From Chlamydiota bacterium (GTDB lineage: Bacteria; Chlamydiota; Chlamydiia; Chlamydiales; SM23-39): a stretch of DNA of 12,958 nucleotides. Both the position numbers and the translations under genes were made by a program. The first letter of the stretch is position 1, and each line of letters begins with the position of its first letter. Below the pieces are notes generated by a model. It was given only the letters and a program-made list of their open reading frames with translations, was not told where the DNA came from and did not search any database. Positions 7,271-12,958 of the stretch are shown here, in pieces. The stretch covers positions 1 through 12,958 of the forward strand of contig JBEHXF010000048.1 of assembly GCA_048498835.1 (NCBI GenBank), in the 5' to 3' direction.

Positions 7271-8347
7271 TTAAAGAAACATCTCGTTTAAGCGTTTAAT
7301 CTGTGGTTTTAGACGTGTTGCATAAATGACTTTAAATTGTTCACGGGTCTTATCGGCGGCCCGCATGATTTCTTCTGCTGAATCGCCGGCAATTTCTAGG
7401 GTAGGGAGTTTTGAAGGTTGAATCTCCTCCAAATCCTGCATTGCAGCTTGATGTAGGCAACGCTCTTTTAGCGGGTTTAGTTCCCATTGCTCAGCCAACT
7501 GATAGAGTTCTTTGGCCTCTTGATTGCTGAGCTCAATCTCCATTCCATACAGATATTTGATCAGCTTGTTAAGAATCGTTGGACTGGATACTTGAATACG
7601 CATTTCCTTGTCAGCTTGCTCTCGCATACCACTTGTAAATGCAGTTTTTATGTTGCCACCATTTACATCAATCACACATCCATGAATGCTAAAGGGCGTT
7701 TCTTGTAGAGAATCTTTTTCTTCATCCGATGATGAGCTGAATGTAGGTCTAAAGTGATAGGATCTTGGATTCAGCTCAGAATGCTCTTGACCGTACATTT
7801 TTGAAAAATCAACAGCTTTTTTCTGTACAGGATGTTGAATGTCTCGTTTAGCAGCCTCTAATACCACATTGTAAATCTTTGTATAGTTAGCAACTTGTTT
7901 CCGATGTGTATCCTGAAAATAGGTTCTGATTTTCTGAATAGCACTGGGTTGAAGGCTTTGTTCAAAAGGAGAATTTTCAACTGCTAACTTCTTGAGTCTG
8001 TATTTAAGAGATTTAATAGGAATATCCAAATCGGCAATTTTATAATCTACGTATCCCCATTTCACTGCGCTTGGTGATGTTTGCTCCTTTTTTCCATTTT
8101 TCAGAATGGCAAGCTGAACCCGATCGTTAAGCTCAGATTGGGTTAATTTTGTACTATCCACAATGAACTGCCGTTTCTTGGCATCGTATTGCACATTCGG
8201 TATGTAAATATTTGAGTTTACTACACGTGCAATTAGGTCATCTGTCGATATCTGGGCGACATCCGAAGTAGGGCATCGAATCAAATCCGGATTGTCAGGA
8301 TCTAAAAAGGGTTCCGTTGGTTGGCTTGAAGTAAGAAATGAGAACAT
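7271..8347 (-). CDS. BTB/POZ domain-containing protein (eukaryote-like, candidate effector)
   Basis: FSIHGCVIDVNGGNIKTAFTSGMREQADKEMRIQVSSPTILNKLIKYLYGMEIELSNQEAKELYQLAEQWELNPLKERC matches the BTB consensus (F.aH+.vL...S.vF.amF.sgm.E...i.l...p..f..ll.ylY...i.l.......Ll.lA..y.l..Lk..C). The SD AAGGAG supports ATG 8347. Confidence 0.85.
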   Translation of the reverse strand: MFSFLTSSQPTEPFLDPDNPDLIRCPTSDVAQISTDDLIARVVNSNIYIPNVQYDAKKRQFIVDSTKLTQSELNDRVQLAILKNGKKEQTSPSAVKWGYVDYKIADLDIPIKSLKYRLKKLAVENSPFEQSLQPSAIQKIRTYFQDTHRKQVANYTKIYNVVLEAAKRDIQHPVQKKAVDFSKMYGQEHSELNPRSYHFRPTFSSSSDEEKDSLQETPFSIHGCVIDVNGGNIKTAFTSGMREQADKEMRIQVSSPTILNKLIKYLYGMEIELSNQEAKELYQLAEQWELNPLKERCLHQAAMQDLEEIQPSKLPTLEIAGDSAEEIMRAADKTREQFKVIYATRLKPQIKRLNEMFL

Positions 8348-8570
8348 AAATTGCTGCTCCTTAAAAGAAGCAAAAAACCTTAACAAAATCTCTTTAGATT
8401 AAGCAAGCTACTTTTCTAAAAAAATTTCACCGAAATTTCAAGCTACCATACCTTCTTCTGCATAAAGAAATTGATTGCCTTTTAAAAATTTTTTGTAAAA
8501 ATGAGCCATTCAGTTTTTATTCCTATCGTTCGAATAAGGCTGACGTAAACTGTTAACCAAGAGGTGTTTT

Positions 8571-9791
8571 ATGTACTACTCAACCCTTTTTTCCGCATTT
8601 TTGGCTGGTAGCGCGCTCTTTGCCGTTACTCCTCATGCTTACATCACCGATCAGCTTGGAGGCTCTGTTCGAGTCCTCGATGTCTCGAATGATACTGTGC
8701 AGGTCATTTCAGGATTTAATGGCCCTCGCGTAGTGAAAGTAACAGCAGATGGTACTTTGGCCTATGTTGGTTGCGATGACGATAGAATTCGCCTCATCGA
8801 TACAGAGACCAACACCATTTTGCCTACAGAACTCTCCATCGCTCACCCAATTGCTATGGCTTTGACACCAGATGGGAATTATCTCTATGTTGCAAGTGGT
8901 AATAACATGGTGAGCGTTGTTGAAACGACTCACCATACCATTGTAGGTGAAATAGAAGGTTTTGATGCTCCCCAAGATATCAAAATCAGTCCGAATGGTG
9001 AGTTCGCTTATGTTTCCAATGCCGGCAATGGAACCGTGAGCATGATTCGCACAGCGGATCTGTCTATAAGCAATACAGTAGGGGGCTTAAAAACTCCGCT
9101 CGGCCTTACTTTTAGTGTCGATGGTGACTACGCGTACGTTGCCGATAAAGCGGACCATTCAGTCGTAGTGATTGGAACGGAAGAAAAAGCGATTGTCGAC
9201 GTGATCTATGGTTTTAATTATCCGAGCTACATCACTGCAACTCCAGACAAAAACTATGTGTTCATTTCCAATTCTGGAAACAACACGATCAGCGTTCTGC
9301 GCAATACAGATCGGCTTCTCATTGGTTCGATTCCAATCCCCGAACCAAAAAGCGTGGCTGTCACACAAGACGGACAATATCTCTATGTTGGTAGCGAAGT
9401 GGGCACCGTGTTTAAAGTCCGCGTTCTAGACCAAACGATTCTTTTGGCTATTTCGGGCTTCCATAATCCCGCCAACATCACGGTGACAAGCAACAATCCG
9501 CCTGCTGAAACAGTCAATGGCTGCCAAGTAGCGGATAACCAAGAGAATATCTACAATGAAATCTCCTGGCAACCCGCTCCTGGCCAAGCTGTAAATTACA
9601 ACATTTACCGCGATCCAGCGCTTTCCCAGCTGATCAGCAGCGTAGATGCCGATGTTCTCAATTATCGCCATCAACATCTACAAGAAGGACAGACCTACTC
9701 GTACTATGTTGTAGCCAATTATGCCAACGGCTTTTCATCTACAATTGGGAGCGTAGAAATTACTCCTAGCCGCGTTTGCCGAGGACAATAA
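8571..9791 (+). CDS. Exported YVTN-type/YncE-family beta-propeller protein with C-terminal FN3-like domain
   Basis: Sec signal (MYYSTLFSAFLAGSALFA) and SD GAGGTG. About 7 repeats of roughly 42 aa with the pattern P..ia.tPDG.yaYVsn.g.ntVSVi. The C-terminal SWQP...YNIYRD...L.EG.TYSYYVVA pattern is FN3-like. Confidence 0.88.
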   Translation: MYYSTLFSAFLAGSALFAVTPHAYITDQLGGSVRVLDVSNDTVQVISGFNGPRVVKVTADGTLAYVGCDDDRIRLIDTETNTILPTELSIAHPIAMALTPDGNYLYVASGNNMVSVVETTHHTIVGEIEGFDAPQDIKISPNGEFAYVSNAGNGTVSMIRTADLSISNTVGGLKTPLGLTFSVDGDYAYVADKADHSVVVIGTEEKAIVDVIYGFNYPSYITATPDKNYVFISNSGNNTISVLRNTDRLLIGSIPIPEPKSVAVTQDGQYLYVGSEVGTVFKVRVLDQTILLAISGFHNPANITVTSNNPPAETVNGCQVADNQENIYNEISWQPAPGQAVNYNIYRDPALSQLISSVDADVLNYRHQHLQEGQTYSYYVVANYANGFSSTIGSVEITPSRVCRGQ

Positions 9792-9799
9792 TCGATTGC

Positions 9800-9822
9800 G
9801 GACGTCGCTTTTAGCGGCGTCC
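9800..9822. terminator. GC-rich hairpin between convergent genes, probable terminator
   Basis: GGACGTCGCT-TTT-AGCGGCGTCC forms a 10 bp stem with one G-U pair on the + strand. It overlaps the last codons and stop of the LRR gene. The U-tail is weak. Confidence 0.5.
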
Positions 9823-11439
9823 TATACTTCTCGGACACAAATAAATTTTTACTTCTGGATAACGCATCCTTAATTGAGTCGCTTCTTCCTCTGAGCAGCA
9901 AAGAGTTCCAGAAATTTCAATACGCTCCAAATTTGGAAACCGATTTGGTAAGTTCTCCATCAACCGGGCCAGGGAAAAAGGTGTAAGATACGAGAATTCA
10001 ATCGATCGGATATTTTGCCCAGAAAAACTTTCCAAATCCGTTGCATGAAGATTTTTGCAGCACACCAGGACAACTTTTTCCAGATTAGGACAGCCTTGAG
10101 ATAAGCGTTTCAGAGTTTCTGCCTGAGTAAAAGAGCAGTTAAAAAGATCAACCTTTTTAAGAGCCTTACATGTCGTAGCAAGAGCGTCAATTACTACATC
10201 AACATTCAGGAAACCCGCTAATTGAATTGACTGAAGATTTTTAAGCTGCAGAAGAGCTAATGCAATCACATGAGGATCAGAAGGAGTATTACTTAAACCA
10301 AGAGATTCAAGTTGCGGGGCATGCATAGATAATGAGGTTATAGAACGGGTGGTCAGCTGTGTGCATCCACTCAAGTTTAGCTCGCGAAGAGATTTGCACT
10401 TTTGTGTAAGTAACTGGACTGCTCTATCTGTAATATTCGAACAATTGACTAAATTTAACGATTCAAGGTTTGTACACCCAGAGAGAGCTTCAATCGATTC
10501 ATCCGTTACCATTTTTTTAGCACTAAAAAATGAAACGACTCGAAGATTAGGACAGCTTTTTGCGAGAGCATGAACACAGGCCGGAGTCAAGTTATTTTCA
10601 TTCCACCCAAGATCAATCTCCTCTAAATGAGGGCACATCTGTACAATGCTGATAACAATTTCATCAGTTAAAGCAGGAGATGAGGATAAGTTCAGAGATC
10701 GTAAATTCGGGCAGCAAGCGACGAGTCGTTTTAACGTATGGGGACTAATATGCTGTAGGTGGCTGAGATTAAGCGTTGTGATTGAGCATAACCGACCCCC
10801 ACATTTATCTAGCCATCCTTGGATTAAGTCATCCTTTAACAGCTCTTTCGGATAAGTAGAAAAATCAATAGTCTTTGTTTCCTCGGAAACCGAATTTAAC
10901 ATTTGATCGAGATCTGCTTGTACTAATTCGGCATATTTCTGATTAAATAAAAGGTGTGAGTAATAACCAATCTTTTCTTGTTTAGCCGCATTAAACATCA
11001 GGTCCCCATATTCCTGAACAGGAGGATCCCAGGTAGACATAAATCTTAGTCCAGCATCAACGACTCCCCTATCTTGAACAGATGCTGCTAATTCAACGAC
11101 AGCCATCTCCTCATCTGCAGTAGAAGTCTTTTTAATGAACTCATCTGTGTTGAGACTTAAATGGCGATTCGCATAGAGGTTCATGGCGGTTTGTACAAGC
11201 TTGGGCGGGAAGATAGAAGTCGGAACTTTATACTGAATTTTCCGATGAGAAAGTTTCGGCCTCTTCTTTTGATCGTTTTCTAGTAAGGAGTTAAATAGAT
11301 TTGGACATCCTCTTTTCCCTAATAATTGCTTCGCAGGAACGTCGAGAGAAAATCTTTTGGAGTTTAATCGAAAAATGGTCTCTTCTGTTCGCGAATAAGG
11401 TTTACTTGTAGACGCAGACGAACTAGAAATTGGAGCCAT
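9811..11439 (-). CDS. Cysteine-containing LRR (FBXL/AMN1-like) protein with probable degenerate N-terminal BTB domain
   Basis: About 12 repeats of roughly 26 aa, e.g. CPNLRSLNLSSSPALTDEIVISIVQM, CTNLESLNLVNCSNITDRAVQLLTQK, CKSLRELNLSGCTQLTTRSITSL. The N-terminus is Ser-rich (MAPISSSSASTS). An alternative ATG is at 11445. Confidence 0.88.
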   Translation of the reverse strand: MAPISSSSASTSKPYSRTEETIFRLNSKRFSLDVPAKQLLGKRGCPNLFNSLLENDQKKRPKLSHRKIQYKVPTSIFPPKLVQTAMNLYANRHLSLNTDEFIKKTSTADEEMAVVELAASVQDRGVVDAGLRFMSTWDPPVQEYGDLMFNAAKQEKIGYYSHLLFNQKYAELVQADLDQMLNSVSEETKTIDFSTYPKELLKDDLIQGWLDKCGGRLCSITTLNLSHLQHISPHTLKRLVACCPNLRSLNLSSSPALTDEIVISIVQMCPHLEEIDLGWNENNLTPACVHALAKSCPNLRVVSFFSAKKMVTDESIEALSGCTNLESLNLVNCSNITDRAVQLLTQKCKSLRELNLSGCTQLTTRSITSLSMHAPQLESLGLSNTPSDPHVIALALLQLKNLQSIQLAGFLNVDVVIDALATTCKALKKVDLFNCSFTQAETLKRLSQGCPNLEKVVLVCCKNLHATDLESFSGQNIRSIEFSYLTPFSLARLMENLPNRFPNLERIEISGTLCCSEEEATQLRMRYPEVKIYLCPRSIGRR

Positions 11440-11550
11440 ATGCATTCCCAGATAAATTTTTTGGAGGAAGAAAAATAACAGAATTAAACGTTAAGCACTA
11501 TTTCAATTCTTTATTTGAGGATCGGCCATTTGCAAAGTATAGGTCGTATC

Positions 11551-12318
11551 CTACTCCTCACCGATCTTTGCTAAAACATCTAAAGATGCAAACCCTTCAT
11601 AAGAGGAAATGATCTGATCTGCGTTGACGAAATCATGAGTCGAGGTGAATTGATTTGGAACTGCAACTACAACCATCCCCGCGCTTGCTGCAGCATCCAC
11701 TCCCGCCTTGGTATCTTCAAACACAAGACAAAATTCCGGAGAGATCCCGAGTCGTTTCGCCGATTCAATGTAAATATATGGCTTTGGCTTGTTTGTACCT
11801 TCAGCGTCTGCGTATTCTCTTAAGTCATCTGATCCAGAAATAATCAGGTCAAAAACATGTTCAAGCCCAATTTGCTTTAGGTTGGCTAAAATTTCTTCTG
11901 TGGGCGCTGAGGAAGCAAGGGCCAATCGAATACCCAGTTTCTGCTTCGATTCAAAGAGGCGAAGAGCAAAGCTTACCATTTCTGGAATAGGCGGTACGCC
12001 CTGTTTTTGTAAGTGCTTATATTTGCCATTTTTGACTTCGATCACCTCATCAGAAATGTCCATTTTTTTTGCCTCTCGGATCATTTGAAGAATGTTTTTT
12101 GAACTATGCCCCACCAAAGGCATGTATTCTTCAATCGCAAACGGTATTTCTTGAGTTTCTAAAGCCTCTTTCCATGCTAAAAACTTTAGATATTCTGTAT
12201 CTACTAAAACGCCATCGCAATCAAAAATGATCGCTTGAAATTTGCTCGATGGTGAAAATGTAAATCCACAGAATAAAATGAAAACGAAACAAGCCAAAAT
12301 CACATAAATATAGCGCAT
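11551..12318 (-). CDS. HAD-superfamily (IA, beta-PGM/CbbY-like) phosphatase with N-terminal signal/TM segment
   Basis: Motif I FDCDGVLVDTE, motif II LASS, motif III KPKPYIY and motif IV VFEDTKAGVDAA. SD AAGGA. Hydrophobic leader MRYIYVILACFVFILFCGF. Confidence 0.9.
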   Translation of the reverse strand: MRYIYVILACFVFILFCGFTFSPSSKFQAIIFDCDGVLVDTEYLKFLAWKEALETQEIPFAIEEYMPLVGHSSKNILQMIREAKKMDISDEVIEVKNGKYKHLQKQGVPPIPEMVSFALRLFESKQKLGIRLALASSAPTEEILANLKQIGLEHVFDLIISGSDDLREYADAEGTNKPKPYIYIESAKRLGISPEFCLVFEDTKAGVDAAASAGMVVVAVPNQFTSTHDFVNADQIISSYEGFASLDVLAKIGEE

Positions 12319-12385
12319 CGGTTTCCTTGGGAAAAAGGTAGTCCTAAAAAACCGAATTTACCATACACGCTCCTTTAGAGGCACA

Positions 12386-12958
12386 ATGAAAGATAAAGAA
12401 GGCAAGCCAAGTACCAAACCGAGTTGGAAGGCCCTCAAGCAGTGGGGTGCTGATGTCACTCGCATCGAGCGGCTCTCTGGAGGAGTCGCCAACGACGTGT
12501 GGAGCGTGCGCGTCAATGGGCGCCTCGCTGTTGCTCGCCTCGGTAATAGGAGCGATGCTGATCTCGCATGGGAGACTGCCCTTCTCCAGTATCTTGATCG
12601 CGAAGGTTTGACCGTGCCGCTTCCCATCCCCACCACGGACGGACGGCTGTTCGCCGAAGGTCTAGTAGTGATGACATACCTCGAGGGCGAAGCGCCCAAG
12701 TCGCAAGCCGATTGGCGTCGCGTCGCCGACACGCTCCGCCAGTTGCATCGCTTGACGCACAACTGGCCACAGCGCCCAGGCTGGCGATCATCGACTGACC
12801 TTCTGCATGCTGAGACGGGAACGAGAATCGACCTACGTGCGATGCCGCCTGAGGGCGTTGCTCGATGCCGAGCAGCGTGGGCGCGGCTAACCGGACGACA
12901 GACCTGCGTTGTCCACGGCGACCTGAACCCTAGCAATATCCGCATGACTAAAGATCGG
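12386..12958 (+). CDS. Phosphotransferase of the APH/choline kinase/type II homoserine kinase fold, 3' truncated by window
   Basis: Not in the ORF track. Manual translation from ATG 12386 (SD AGAGG) stays open for 191 codons to the window end: MKDKEGKPSTKPSWKALKQWGADVTRIERLSGGVANDVWSVRVNGRLAVARLG...WETALLQYLDREGLTVPLPIPTTDGRLF...VMTYLEGE...VADTLRQLHRLT...VVHGDLNPSNIRM. It contains a Gly loop, the alphaC Glu, and the Brenner motif HGDxxxxN. Confidence 0.92.
   Translation, partial: MKDKEGKPSTKPSWKALKQWGADVTRIERLSGGVANDVWSVRVNGRLAVARLGNRSDADLAWETALLQYLDREGLTVPLPIPTTDGRLFAEGLVVMTYLEGEAPKSQADWRRVADTLRQLHRLTHNWPQRPGWRSSTDLLHAETGTRIDLRAMPPEGVARCRAAWARLTGRQTCVVHGDLNPSNIRMTKDR

Noticed and set aside
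8571..11439. CRISPR or DNA-level tandem arrays
   Set aside because: The periodicity is only at protein level (propeller blades, LRRs). There are no identical nucleotide repeats with spacers.
12358..12945. 195-aa minus-strand ORF (and nested 12513-12791)
   Set aside because: These are antisense shadows of the high-GC phosphotransferase on the + strand. They are Arg/Ser/Pro-rich with no motifs.
12386..12958. Naming the kinase as a specific aph allele, thrB or trifolitoxin immunity gene
   Set aside because: Only fold-level motifs are recognisable and the gene is truncated, so the substrate cannot be assigned.

Overview
This looks like a chromosomal segment of an environmental member of the phylum Chlamydiae. 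That assignment is inferred from gene content, the short Obg, and the eukaryote-like BTB and LRR proteins. The left part is housekeeping: a 3'-truncated tRNA-Ser(GGA), a divergent znuACB-like metal ABC transporter, and rplU-rpmA-obg. From about 4.3 to 11.5 kb lies a lower-GC accessory tract. It holds several orphan proteins, an EamA/DMT transporter, a C-terminal BTB/POZ protein, an exported YVTN beta-propeller with an FN3-like tail, and a protein with about 12 cysteine-containing LRRs, a probable degenerate N-terminal BTB and a basic NLS-like motif. The tract reads as a cluster of candidate host-targeted (type III/ubiquitin-system) effectors. At the right end, a HAD phosphatase with an N-terminal hydrophobic segment sits head-to-head with an APH/choline-kinase-fold phosphotransferase. 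That kinase gene is missing from the ORF track because it runs off the window, and its sharply higher GC (about 60%) suggests recent horizontal acquisition. No CRISPR array, integrase or transposase was seen.
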